Source of the DNA: Chloroflexota bacterium
GTDB taxonomy: Bacteria > Chloroflexota > Dehalococcoidia > Bin125
NCBI GenBank assembly: GCA_028874365.1
Contig: JAPPJZ010000082.1
Location: 18,154-82,153, forward strand
Length of the DNA stretch: 64,000 nt
Reading direction: 5' to 3'
The notes below the pieces were generated by a model. It worked only from the letters and a program-made list of their open reading frames with translations, searched no databases and was not told the DNA's origin. The translations under genes and the position numbers were made by a program. Below, one piece after another: positions 9,312 through 20,708 of the stretch. Within the stretch, counting starts at the first letter, position 1; each line of letters starts with the position of its first letter.

Positions 9312-9712
9312 TTGAGGAGCTCGACCCACTGCGTGCCCTCAGCGCCTGCATTGCGCTGCAGTATCGCCACTTTGAGGGCGTTCTCAATCGATGCGTTCCA
9401 CGAACGCCGATATCCCTGTTCGTATCCTTCCGCCTCGGATCCGGCATCGACCAGGGTCTCGAAATCTCGCTCGGCTTCAAATGCTCCTAACTGCTTGCCT
9501 TGCACGGTCGCGTAGTTTCGGACCGCGACTCGATTCAGCGCATCGGTCTCTTGGTCGGAGGTAACTGAAATGTCTACGGCATCCGGGTCGGAACCGAGAT
9601 CCAGGGCAAGGGCCGCGCCCACTCCCACGCCCATCACCACGGCGGGCACGACGAATGCGATCGCCGACTGCCGGATCACGTCGATCTGCCAGAGCCGCTT
9701 GAGGCGCTTCAA
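9308..9712 (-). CDS. Hypothetical single-TM protein
   Basis: 134-aa ORF directly after moaD; N-terminal TM; coupled to next gene. Confidence 0.65.
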   Translation of the reverse strand: MKRLKRLWQIDVIRQSAIAFVVPAVVMGVGVGAALALDLGSDPDAVDISVTSDQETDALNRVAVRNYATVQGKQLGAFEAERDFETLVDAGSEAEGYEQGYRRSWNASIENALKVAILQRNAGAEGTQWVELLK

Positions 9713-9727
9713 CTCATCGCTCCGCGG

Positions 9728-10000
9728 TCAGCCGCCGGCGACGGGGGGAAAGATATCCAGTTCGCTTTCGGGACTCACCCGACTCTGCAGGCCGTCGATG
9801 TGGCGGATGTCTCGTCCGTCGACCATGATCGCGACGAAGCGGCGTACGGCGCCGTCTTCGTCGAAGAGCTGATCTCGCAGTCCTTCGTGCTCGCAGGAAA
9901 GACGCTCAAGGATGCCGCCGATGGTCTCCGGCGGGTCAGAAAGTTCGACGCTGCGCCCGCCAACCAGCGGACGCAGCGTCGCGTAGAAGCGGATGATCAT
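9728..10000 (-). CDS. moaD: MoaD/ThiS ubiquitin-like sulfur carrier
   Basis: 90 aa MIIRFYATLR...IFPPVAGG; adjacent to AOR. Confidence 0.9.
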   Translation of the reverse strand: MIIRFYATLRPLVGGRSVELSDPPETIGGILERLSCEHEGLRDQLFDEDGAVRRFVAIMVDGRDIRHIDGLQSRVSPESELDIFPPVAGG

Positions 10001-10017
10001 CGGCCAACCGGTTGCGG

Positions 10018-11880
<1,863 letters not shown>

Positions 11881-11983
11881 GATCGTTCCCTTCACCAACG
11901 CTCTGGTTCGCGCGTCAAAGATAGCGGATTACGAGTCGGCGCTATCTTCGGGGCAGCGCGCAACGCCAACGCTGAGGTAGCAC

Positions 11984-12796
11984 ATGACGACATCCGCGAT
12001 CACAATCGAACCGCTGACCCCGACCATCGGCGCCACCATCCATGGCGTCGACCTGACCCAGCCGATTGACGAGGAGACCTTCCAGTTCATCCATGACGCC
12101 TGGATGGAACACCTCGTGCTGTTCTTTCGCGACCAGCCGATGTCGCCCGATCAACACCTGACCTTCGGGCGAATGTTCGGCGACCTGCACATCCACCCCG
12201 CCGCGCCTTACGAGCACGGCAACCCCGAGTTGATGCGGATTCACACCGACAAGGACTCGTTCCGCAACAACGGCGAGCGCTGGCACTCCGACGTCTCGGC
12301 CGACGAAGAGCCGCCGATGGCCTCGATCCTGCACATCCACAGCATCCCAACCCAGGGCGGCGATACCTGCTGGTCCAACATGTATGCCGCCTGGGACGGG
12401 CTCTCGCCGCAGTTGCAAACGCTGCTTGAGCCGCTGACCGCGCTGCACGCCTCCGACTATTCAGGCCAGTACGGCGAGCACAAGCCGCAGCGCGAATCGC
12501 CGCGCGCCGTGCATCCAATTGCCCGCACACACCCCGTCACCGGACGCAAGGCGCTGTTCGTCAACTCGAGCTTCACCAAGCGCATCATCGAGCTGCCGAT
12601 CGAGGAGAGCGACGCGATCCTCGCCTTCCTCTATGAACACGTGAAGAACGTCAACTTCCAGTGCCGCTTCCAGTGGGAAGCCAACTCAGTCGCCCTCTGG
12701 GACAACCGCTGTACCCAGCACATGGCGATCTGGGACTACTACCCCGAATCCCGAAGCGGCATCCGAGTCACCGTCAAGGGCGACAGACCGTTCTAG
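11984..12796 (+). CDS. tauD: TauD/TfdA Fe(II)/2-oxoglutarate dioxygenase
   Basis: WHSD, GGDT, HPxxRTHPVTGRKALFV, WDNRCTQH. Confidence 0.93.
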   Translation: MTTSAITIEPLTPTIGATIHGVDLTQPIDEETFQFIHDAWMEHLVLFFRDQPMSPDQHLTFGRMFGDLHIHPAAPYEHGNPELMRIHTDKDSFRNNGERWHSDVSADEEPPMASILHIHSIPTQGGDTCWSNMYAAWDGLSPQLQTLLEPLTALHASDYSGQYGEHKPQRESPRAVHPIARTHPVTGRKALFVNSSFTKRIIELPIEESDAILAFLYEHVKNVNFQCRFQWEANSVALWDNRCTQHMAIWDYYPESRSGIRVTVKGDRPF

Positions 12797-12801
12797 TCGG
12801 G

Positions 12802-13830
12802 CTAGCCAATCGCCAACGCCGCGAGGTCGCGCGCGGTGTCTCTCGACACGTCCGGGCAGGCCATGGGGAAGACTTCTGTCCCGTGAATCGTGCCCATCAC
12901 CTGGCGGCACCTGGCCGGCTGGCCAGCGTCGAGCAGCAGCCGGTAGAAGGCGATCCCCTCGTCGCGCAAGGGATCGCATTCATTCACCGAGATCACGGTC
13001 ATCGGCAGACCGATGACGTCCTCGCTTGACGCGAACAGCGGCCAGGCCAGCGGGTCCTCCGACTCGAACGCCTCAATCCCGTAACCCATCGCCCCCTGGT
13101 TGTTGTGCAGGTCGAGCAGGATGCCGTTGTTCTCGATCGTCGAGGGCAGGTCGTCACGCGGCCAGCTACCCGCGATGTACGGGCAGAGCGCGTACAGGCC
13201 CTGGACGAGACCAATGTCGCCGTCGCGCAGCAGTTTCATCCCCGTTGCCAGCGTCAGATTTCCTCCGCCGCTCTCTCCCGCGATGATGATCCTCGATGCG
13301 TCGATGCCCAATGAATCCGCGTGTTCCGAGACCCACTTCAGGCCGGCGACGCAGTCGTTCAGACCGGCCGGGTACGGCTCAACCTCCGGCGCCGACGACG
13401 GGGTCACGCAGTTGCGAAAATCGACCATCGCTACCGCCACGCCGTTCTGCGCGATGATTCGGCCCCAGGCCTTGTAGTTGCCGTCGTAGCACGACATCGA
13501 CGCCATCCCGCCGCCGTGGATGTAGTACACGCCCGGCAGCGGCTCGTCGGAGTCGGGCACGATCATCTGGACGTTGATCGTGTTGCCGTCGGGCGAGGAG
13601 ACGAACGTTTCGGTGGTGATCGTCAGCCCGTCCGAGGGTGCAATCTCCTCCGTGTCGCTCATCGCCAGGAAGTCCGCCAGACCCGCGCGCATTGCCACCG
13701 CCTCTTCCGAGTTGGCCTCCGCCAGGACTTCCTCTCTGCTGGCGAAGTTGGGCGAGGCCGGAAGATCGAGCTCCCCGAACAGGGCCTTGAGCCGCGGGTC
13801 GATGCGTGGGTCTTCTGAGAGCTTGCTCAT
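12802..13830 (-). CDS. HSL-family alpha/beta hydrolase (esterase)
   Basis: HGGG, GESGG, ECDPLRDEG, IHG. Confidence 0.92.
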   Translation of the reverse strand: MSKLSEDPRIDPRLKALFGELDLPASPNFASREEVLAEANSEEAVAMRAGLADFLAMSDTEEIAPSDGLTITTETFVSSPDGNTINVQMIVPDSDEPLPGVYYIHGGGMASMSCYDGNYKAWGRIIAQNGVAVAMVDFRNCVTPSSAPEVEPYPAGLNDCVAGLKWVSEHADSLGIDASRIIIAGESGGGNLTLATGMKLLRDGDIGLVQGLYALCPYIAGSWPRDDLPSTIENNGILLDLHNNQGAMGYGIEAFESEDPLAWPLFASSEDVIGLPMTVISVNECDPLRDEGIAFYRLLLDAGQPARCRQVMGTIHGTEVFPMACPDVSRDTARDLAALAIG

Positions 13831-13932
13831 CGTCGTCGCCTTCCGTTTGGGCTCGCTGTAGGCACCAAGCTACAGCCCAACGAGTAGCCTGAACGCCGCA
13901 ACGCCGACGACTGAGGAACGGGAGCGGACCAC

Positions 13933-14256
13933 ATGAGCAACATCGCGATCTGGGTCAAGGTCAGGGTCAAGCCGGAGGGGCGCGAGAGGTTCCTCCATGC
14001 AATCGAGGTCGACTGCCTCGGCTCGGAGCGCGACGAGCCCGGCTGCCACCGATTCAACGTCCTCCAGGACGCTTCCGACGACCTGACCTACTACTTCTAC
14101 GAGGTCTACGAGAACGAAGCCGCACTCGACGCGCACCGCGCCGCGCCGCACTACGCGGTCTGGTCGGCAGCGGCGGACACGCTGGAGGGCGACATCGAGA
14201 TCACCCGAACCTCGACCGTCTTCCCTGCCGACCAAACCTATTGGTCCGGCGACTGA
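13933..14256 (+). CDS. ABM/LsrG-like monooxygenase
   Basis: EPGCHRFNV, YEVY, HRAAPHY. Confidence 0.88.
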   Translation: MSNIAIWVKVRVKPEGRERFLHAIEVDCLGSERDEPGCHRFNVLQDASDDLTYYFYEVYENEAALDAHRAAPHYAVWSAAADTLEGDIEITRTSTVFPADQTYWSGD

Positions 14257-14308
14257 CGGAGCTGAAATCGCTAGCTTCGGCAGCAGATATCACGAAACGG
14301 GTGCTGCC

Positions 14309-15043
14309 ATGACCAACCTCAAAGTCGCCGTCCTGACCGGTGGACACTACTTCCACGTCCGGCCGTTCATCGATTTCTTCAACGGACTCGACGGCATCGA
14401 CGCCTACGTCCACCACTTCGACCAGTGGCTGTTTGGCGCCGGCAACGACTCGTTCATGGAGGACGGCAACCGCATCAGCCGACCCGACATACGCGGCGAC
14501 CACGGCATCACCGAGCCGCCCTCCGACGACCAGGACATGCGCGACGGCTACGACGTGACCCTGTTCTACACCATGCTGCGCGACGAACCCAACGCCAAGA
14601 CAGTGAGCTGCCTCGAGCGCATGTTTGACTCCGGCATGCCCGTGTTCGTCATGCATCATGCGCTGCTCAATTGGGGCACCGGTGGATTCTGGTCCGAGGC
14701 GATCGGCATGCCCGACCGCCGGATCGAGGTCGACGACACATGGGAGAGCACCTACGAGATACAGGTCAACTCCGAACATCCCGCGGCCACAGGACTGGCC
14801 AACTTCTCGATCCAGGACGAGACGTACGCGATCGCCGACTGCGGCGACGACTGTGACGTGTTGCTGACGACGGAGAACGTGAACTCGATGCGCACCCTCG
14901 CCTGGACACACCAGTTCCGGGACTCAAGAGTGTTCTGCACCCAGCTCGGCCACGACCCGCGTACCTGGGAGCACCCATCCTTCGCGCGGTTGGTCCGCAA
15001 CGGCCTGCTCTGGTGCGCCGATCGATCATTGACCGACTCCTAA
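14309..15043 (+). CDS. ThuA-like domain protein
   Basis: TGGH, DETY, LAWT, RVFCTQLGHD, NGLLW. Confidence 0.85.
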   Translation: MTNLKVAVLTGGHYFHVRPFIDFFNGLDGIDAYVHHFDQWLFGAGNDSFMEDGNRISRPDIRGDHGITEPPSDDQDMRDGYDVTLFYTMLRDEPNAKTVSCLERMFDSGMPVFVMHHALLNWGTGGFWSEAIGMPDRRIEVDDTWESTYEIQVNSEHPAATGLANFSIQDETYAIADCGDDCDVLLTTENVNSMRTLAWTHQFRDSRVFCTQLGHDPRTWEHPSFARLVRNGLLWCADRSLTDS

Positions 15044-15117
15044 CGCGGCGATCGCTTCGGGACAGGCCCAGTCCGGGACGGGCGCTGCGATAGCCTTTGG
15101 CCCTATGGGGACGGTCC

Positions 15118-16578
15118 ATGACGCATAACCTCTTGCAGGGCTATCAGGCCGCCGGCGCGTCGGACGACGAGATGTTCGACGACTCTGGTGCCTTGAGGGA
15201 CGACTACCGTGAGGTCGGGGAAGTCCTCCAGGGCTGGTCGCTGGAGGAGCACCAGCAACGCGAAGAGCGCGCTGACCTCGCGTTGCTCAGCGCGGGCATC
15301 ACCTTCAATGTCTACTCCGAGGAAGAAGGCACGGAGCGCATCTTCCCGTTCTCCCTGATCCCGAGGGTCATCGGAGCGGAAGAATGGTCAAGCGTGGAGG
15401 CTGGGCTGAAGCAGCGCCTGCAAGCGCTGAACCTGTTCCTGCTAGACATCTACGGAGAACAGCGCATCCTCAAAGACGGGATCGTTCCCGAAGAGATCGT
15501 CTTGAGTTCGCCGGGCTACAAGCCCGAGATGGCCGGCTTCCAACCGCCGCTGGGCGTGTACGCCCATATCGCCGGCTGCGACCTGGTTCGCGACAAACAG
15601 CGCGGATTCGTCGTGCTGGAGGACAATCTCCGAACGCCGTCGGGCGTCTCCTACGTGCTCGAAAACCGCATGGTGATGCTCAGGGTCGTTCCTGACCTCT
15701 TCCCTCGCTGGGGCGTCCGCGCCGTCGCCGACTATCCCAACCAGCTCATGGACATGTTGCTCTCCGTCCGACCGGAGAACAGCGGGGTCCCGCCGCGCGC
15801 CGTGCTGCTCACGCCGGGCATCTACAACTCCGCCTACTTCGAGCACTCATTCCTCAGCAACCAGATGGGAATCCCGCTGGTCGAGGGCTCGGACCTGACT
15901 GTCGGAGACGACGACTACGTCTACTTGCGCTCAACCACCGGCCTCGAGCGCATTGACGTCGTCTACCGCCGGATCGACGACGACTTCCTCGATCCCACGG
16001 TCTACCGTGAGGACTCCCTGTTGGGTGTTCCCGGACTGATGCGCGCCTACCTCAAGGGCAACGTGACCCTGGTCAACGCGCCGGGAGCCGGCGTCGCCGA
16101 CGACAAGGTCGTCTACCGCTGGGTGCCAGAGATCATTCGCTTCTATCTCGACGCGGATCCGATTCTGGCCAACGTCGAGACCTACTCGCCGCTGATTCCC
16201 AGCGAACTGAACCACATCCGGGCTCAGGCTCGGGAGCTCGTGATCAAACCCGCCAACGCGTCGGGCGGCTACGGCGTGCTGATCGGTGAGCAGGCATCCA
16301 GCGTCGAACTCGAGGAGACGCTCGCTCAGGTCGAAGACGATCCGCGCAACTGGATCGCGCAGCCGTTGCTGCAGTTCAGTACGATTCCCACCTTCAAGGA
16401 TGATGAACTCCACGCCCGCCGCGCGGATCTGCGTCCGTTCGTCCTGTCCGGCGACGAGACCTGGGTAATCCCCGGGGGACTAACCCGCGTCGCGCTGCGA
16501 CCAGGCTCGTACATCGTCAACTCTTCGCAGGGCGGCGGTAGCAAGGACACCTGGGTGCTGAACGAGGAGCCCGGCTAA
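15118..16578 (+). CDS. Circularly permuted ATP-grasp type 2 protein
   Basis: LEDNLRTPSGVSY, NSAYFEH, YRRIDDDFLDP, VNSSQGGGSKDTWV. Confidence 0.95.
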   Translation: MTHNLLQGYQAAGASDDEMFDDSGALRDDYREVGEVLQGWSLEEHQQREERADLALLSAGITFNVYSEEEGTERIFPFSLIPRVIGAEEWSSVEAGLKQRLQALNLFLLDIYGEQRILKDGIVPEEIVLSSPGYKPEMAGFQPPLGVYAHIAGCDLVRDKQRGFVVLEDNLRTPSGVSYVLENRMVMLRVVPDLFPRWGVRAVADYPNQLMDMLLSVRPENSGVPPRAVLLTPGIYNSAYFEHSFLSNQMGIPLVEGSDLTVGDDDYVYLRSTTGLERIDVVYRRIDDDFLDPTVYREDSLLGVPGLMRAYLKGNVTLVNAPGAGVADDKVVYRWVPEIIRFYLDADPILANVETYSPLIPSELNHIRAQARELVIKPANASGGYGVLIGEQASSVELEETLAQVEDDPRNWIAQPLLQFSTIPTFKDDELHARRADLRPFVLSGDETWVIPGGLTRVALRPGSYIVNSSQGGGSKDTWVLNEEPG

Positions 16579-17555
16579 TGCTCAGTCGCGTCGCTGACAA
16601 CCTCTACTGGCTGGGCCGCTACCTGGAGCGCACCGAGAACATCGCCCGCATGGCGCGTGTCGAACACGAGGTGATGCTCGAGAGCGGTCAGGAGATCTGG
16701 CACAGCCTGGTCAGCACGACCGCGTCAAACCAGCTCTTCTGGGACACCTTGGTCGATTCGCCCGATCTGACCCACTCCGAGTTTCTGATCTACTCGCTGG
16801 ACAACCCCGCCTCGCTGCGCTCGACGCTCGTCCGCGCGCGAGAGCTGGCGCGGGGATTGCGCGAACACATTTCGCGTGAAGTCTGGGAGGAGATCAACGC
16901 GCTCTATCTGTTCCTCGCGCTGCGCAAGCAGTACATCGCCAGGGATATTCACGAGTTCTGCACCGAGACCCAGCGACGGACCCAGACGATCCTCGGGCTG
17001 TACGACAACACCGTGCTCAGGGACGAAGGCCGGGAATGGTTCCGCTGCGGAATGTATCTCGAGCGGGCCGACATGACCAGCCGGATCATCGACGCTAAGT
17101 ACCACATCCTGCTGCCGGGTGAAGACTCTGTCGGTGGAGCCTTTGACCGCTTCCAATGGACCGCCGTGCTGCGTTCAGCTTCCGCACGGGAGGCCTACCG
17201 TCGAATGGGCAACAGCGAAGTCGACGGCATCCAGGTCGCGTCGCTGCTGATCTTCTCGCAGGAGTTCCCGCGCAGCCTCTCCTTCTGCGTACAGGCGCTC
17301 CAGCGGCACTTCCAACAGGCCACGGCGGAGACACCGAAACGCCGCCAGGCTGCCGCTGAGCGGGGTATCACCCTGCTCCAACTGGACCTCGGCGTGAAGG
17401 ATATGGAGCAGCTCATCGATGAGGGCCTCCACGAGTTCCTGGACTTTTTCCAGAAACGACTGATCGATATCGACCAGGCGATCACGGACGATGTCTTCCG
17501 CGCAGAGCCCACTGGAGGGCAGGCGCAGCGACAAACAACGGTAGAACGGGGCTGA
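16578..17555 (+). CDS. Alpha-E domain protein
   Basis: MLSRVADNLYWLGRYLERTE, LERADMTSR, FPRS. Confidence 0.95.
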   Translation: MLSRVADNLYWLGRYLERTENIARMARVEHEVMLESGQEIWHSLVSTTASNQLFWDTLVDSPDLTHSEFLIYSLDNPASLRSTLVRARELARGLREHISREVWEEINALYLFLALRKQYIARDIHEFCTETQRRTQTILGLYDNTVLRDEGREWFRCGMYLERADMTSRIIDAKYHILLPGEDSVGGAFDRFQWTAVLRSASAREAYRRMGNSEVDGIQVASLLIFSQEFPRSLSFCVQALQRHFQQATAETPKRRQAAAERGITLLQLDLGVKDMEQLIDEGLHEFLDFFQKRLIDIDQAITDDVFRAEPTGGQAQRQTTVERG

Positions 17556-17556
17556 G

Positions 17557-18312
17557 ATGACGTTCTGCTTGGGGATCAAGTGCCAGGACGGACTCGTCGC
17601 GATCGCCGATACGAGGATCACGAGCGGTTCCGAGGTCTCCACGGCCAAGAAAATCGCGGTACACCAGGGCGAGCGGCACTCGATGTTTGTGCTCTCAAGC
17701 GGCCTGCGCTCGGTTCGAGACAAGGCGCTCACCTACTTCGAGGAGCGCCTGCGCCAGAACGGCGGCCACATTGCCCGCTCGTACCAGGCCGTCAACGCAC
17801 TGGCGGAAGAAATGCGTCGCGTCTACAACGAGGACAACGACTGGCTGCTCAAGGCCGGGCTGCATTTCGACCTTCATTGCATCGTCGGCAGCCAGTTGAC
17901 GGAAGACGAATCACCTCACCTGTATCTGCTCTACCCGCAGGGCAACTGGGTCGAAGTCTCGCACGGGACGCCGTATCTGATCATCGGCGAGACGCGCTTC
18001 GGCAAGCCCATCCTTGATCGCGCGCTGCGCTACGAAGCCACGCTGGAAGAGGCGCTGCGGCTGGGCATGCTCTCGTTTCACTCAACCGAGGCGAGCTCCG
18101 CCGACGTTGGCCCGCCGGTTGATGCGGTCGTCTACCCGGCCAACTCGTTCGCGATCCGCGAGGGACGTTTCGACGCCGAGGAACTGGAACCGGTGGCACA
18201 GTCCTGGCAACAGGCGATAGAGAACGCCGTGCAACAAGCCGCGATTCCCGTCGCTCCATTGGCGCAATCGCTGGGAATCGCGGACCTGAGCGAGTGCACC
18301 CGTGTCGACTAG
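17557..18312 (+). CDS. Proteasome-type (Anbu-like) Ntn protease
   Basis: Thr2 nucleophile in MTFCLG, ADTR, YPQGNW, IGETRFGKPILDR. Confidence 0.9.
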   Translation: MTFCLGIKCQDGLVAIADTRITSGSEVSTAKKIAVHQGERHSMFVLSSGLRSVRDKALTYFEERLRQNGGHIARSYQAVNALAEEMRRVYNEDNDWLLKAGLHFDLHCIVGSQLTEDESPHLYLLYPQGNWVEVSHGTPYLIIGETRFGKPILDRALRYEATLEEALRLGMLSFHSTEASSADVGPPVDAVVYPANSFAIREGRFDAEELEPVAQSWQQAIENAVQQAAIPVAPLAQSLGIADLSECTRVD

Positions 18313-18349
18313 CCAGGCCGGCCGGCCTGTGCTTGGGTGAACTGTTGCG

Positions 18350-18523
18350 TCACTGAACCCGCAGACGGGCCACGAGGGCGATCATCAGGCCCATTGGACC
18401 CAGCGTCAGAACGGCGATATCCACGGATCGCAAGATGTGCAGATGCCCGTTCAGCCGGACCAGCGCTGCCGCGCCGAACCCTAACCAGATGACGACAAGC
18501 AGGATTAGAAAGAACTCGAACAT
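18350..18523 (-). CDS. Putative 57-aa two-TM small membrane protein
   Basis: Hand translation MFEFFLILLVVIWLGFGAAALVRLNGHLHILRSVDIAVLTLGPMGLMIALVARLRVQ. Confidence 0.5.
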   Translation of the reverse strand: MFEFFLILLVVIWLGFGAAALVRLNGHLHILRSVDIAVLTLGPMGLMIALVARLRVQ

Positions 18524-18645
18524 GGACCGATTCGCTCTGGACCGATTGCTGGGCTTCAGTCGCTAACACCGACAGTTCGTTGGGGTTGGCCTACACCCGC
18601 GCGTCGCCGACGGTCGTCATCGATTTACCGTGTCGCTCCCGCACT

Positions 18646-18690
18646 GAATCCTACAGATGTGTGAGCAGCACGTGTACCACAATGCAGAAT
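18646..18690 (+). repeat. Degenerate copy A of the att-like boundary motif
   Basis: GAATCCTACAGATGTGTGAGCAGCACGTGTACCACAATGC resembles GAATTCACTACGTGATGGTGGGCCATCGTGTACCAAACTGC at 32.44 kb, with gaps. Confidence 0.4.
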
Positions 18691-18731
18691 CGGTCAAGTG
18701 CAGCACCAGATGGACTCATCTTCCGGCTGAC

Positions 18732-18750
18732 ACATTTCGGCAACATTTCG
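18732..18750 (+). promoter_or_regulatory. OmpR-type tandem direct repeat
   Basis: ACATTTCG at 18732 and 18743 (11-bp period), upstream of an operon containing an OmpR-family regulator. Confidence 0.55.
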
Positions 18751-18797
18751 TCTCGATGGTGAGTGTCAACGCAGCATCTTCATGAAAGGAGCGCGCA

Positions 18798-19907
18798 ATG
18801 ACACTCGCGAAGCTGCTCAAAAGGACCGTCATAATCGGTCCAATCCTGGGAGCCGTGGTCGGTGGAGCAGTCCTGATCGGCTGCGCCTCCGGAGCGGACG
18901 ACGGCCGCAACAACGAACCGGCCGTGGCCAGCCAGGAAGCGTCCGAACAGAGAGAAAGCGATTCGAGAGGAGAACACGATCGAAACCGGGAACAGAGCCG
19001 CGAAGCCGGCGGCGAACATGGCAACGGCGGCGAATCCAGCCGCGAGAGCGGCCAACACAACGAGGCGCGCGAGCGCGGTGCTGAGTCCGGCGCCGCCGAC
19101 GGCGGCGAGGCCAGCAGCGCCGACGCGCTCACTCGCGACGCCACGTTCGACGAAGTCCGCGGCGGCGCCCGACTGGTCCTCAAGTTCGACGATGCATCGA
19201 ACTCGTTCCGCGGCATCGTCGAAAACACCAGCGACCGCGTCCTGACTCGGGTTCGGGTCGAAGTCCACCTCGACAACGGGGCCGAGCTCGGCCCGACGAC
19301 GCCGACCGACCTCTCGCCGGGCGAGACGCTCGACATCGTCCTCCCGTCGACGCCGGAGACATTCAATTCCTGGACCACCCACGCCGAGGTCGGGAGCGGT
19401 GAAGGCGGCGGCGAGCACGGCGAAGGCGGCCGTGAGAGCCGCGAAGCCGAGATGTCGAGTCCGATCACACCGCTCAACGAACCCTGGAGCGGCGTGCTCG
19501 GCGGCATCGCCGTGGACGCGAGCTTCGACACAGCGACGGGGACGATGTACACGACCGTCCGCAACACCCTCGACGAAACGCTCTGTTTCGTCCAGTCGGA
19601 GCCGCACCTGAAGTCCGGTACGCGAACCGTGGGCGAGCTGGGACCCGACGTGATCGGCGACCTCGCGCCGGGACAAGAGGTGACCACCAGCATCTCGGTG
19701 GACAGTGAACCAGGGCTCGCGGACGTCTCGTTCGACGGCTACGTGGTGCACCTCGAAGTCTTCGACTGCAACGGTCCCGGCCCGCAACCTCACTCGGGTG
19801 AAGGCCGCGAGTCATCCGGCAAGCGCGAGGCCGGCGAGCAGCACGGCGGCAATGGCGAGTCCGGAGGCGAACACGGCTCCCGCGGAGAGCGCGGCGGCCA
19901 CGACTAG
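18798..19907 (+). CDS. Putative lipoprotein with two FxLYD/Ig-like domains and Gly/Glu/His/Arg-rich repeats
   Basis: AAAGGAG RBS; LIGC lipobox; two VxNT...E.HL..G..ELGP...DLxPG repeats; EHG-rich linkers. Confidence 0.8.
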   Translation: MTLAKLLKRTVIIGPILGAVVGGAVLIGCASGADDGRNNEPAVASQEASEQRESDSRGEHDRNREQSREAGGEHGNGGESSRESGQHNEARERGAESGAADGGEASSADALTRDATFDEVRGGARLVLKFDDASNSFRGIVENTSDRVLTRVRVEVHLDNGAELGPTTPTDLSPGETLDIVLPSTPETFNSWTTHAEVGSGEGGGEHGEGGRESREAEMSSPITPLNEPWSGVLGGIAVDASFDTATGTMYTTVRNTLDETLCFVQSEPHLKSGTRTVGELGPDVIGDLAPGQEVTTSISVDSEPGLADVSFDGYVVHLEVFDCNGPGPQPHSGEGRESSGKREAGEQHGGNGESGGEHGSRGERGGHD

Positions 19908-20030
19908 GACGGGCCTCGCCAGGCGCATCAGCGGGAGCTGCAAGGAATACAATCCGCGCAGTTCCGACTCAGCGGACGCGGCGCCCTCGCCGGGCGTCGC
20001 GTCCTGGCGGAGCCGACGCAAGGAACGACG

Positions 20031-20708
20031 ATGAGCGGCCAAGTCCTAATCGTTGAAGACGACCCGAGAATCGCCGAATGGGTGCGGATCTACTTCGAGC
20101 GAGCCGGATACACCGCCGAGGTCGCGCATGATGGTCAGACCGGTCTGGACCTGGCCCGCCGCCTCGCCCCCGACCTGATCATCCTCGACCTGACGCTTCC
20201 ACGCCTCGACGGTGTTGACCTCTGCAGAATCCTTCGCCAAGAGTCGGATGTGCCGATCATCATGCTGACCGCCCGGGAAGCTCCCGCCCAGCGAATCGTC
20301 GGACTGGACAGCGGCGCCGACGACTACATTGTCAAGCCGTTCGACCCGAGAGAAGTGATCGCCCGTTCGGAGGCCGTGCTTCGCCGCGCTCGAGGCAAGG
20401 TGCAGCGACTGCTGACCAGCGGGAGCATCAGCCTCAATGAGACGACGGGCACGGTCACCGTCAACCATGAGCCGGTCGACCTGAGCCAGACGCAGATTGC
20501 CTTGCTCGCGGCATTCATGCGGCACCCCAACCAGGTGCTGACTCGTGATCAGCTGATCTCGTTGACCTTTCACCACGAATTCGACGGCTTCGACCGCGCG
20601 ATTGATAGCCAGGTCGCGCGCCTGCGCAAACGGATCGGCCACAAAGGCAAGCAGCCGATCCAGACCGTGTACGGCGCCGGCTATCGGTTCGTCACGGAGG
20701 ACGACTGA
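20031..20708 (+). CDS. OmpR-family response regulator
   Basis: VEDD, LDLTLP, GADDYIVKPF, IQTVYGAGY. Confidence 0.95.
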   Translation: MSGQVLIVEDDPRIAEWVRIYFERAGYTAEVAHDGQTGLDLARRLAPDLIILDLTLPRLDGVDLCRILRQESDVPIIMLTAREAPAQRIVGLDSGADDYIVKPFDPREVIARSEAVLRRARGKVQRLLTSGSISLNETTGTVTVNHEPVDLSQTQIALLAAFMRHPNQVLTRDQLISLTFHHEFDGFDRAIDSQVARLRKRIGHKGKQPIQTVYGAGYRFVTEDD

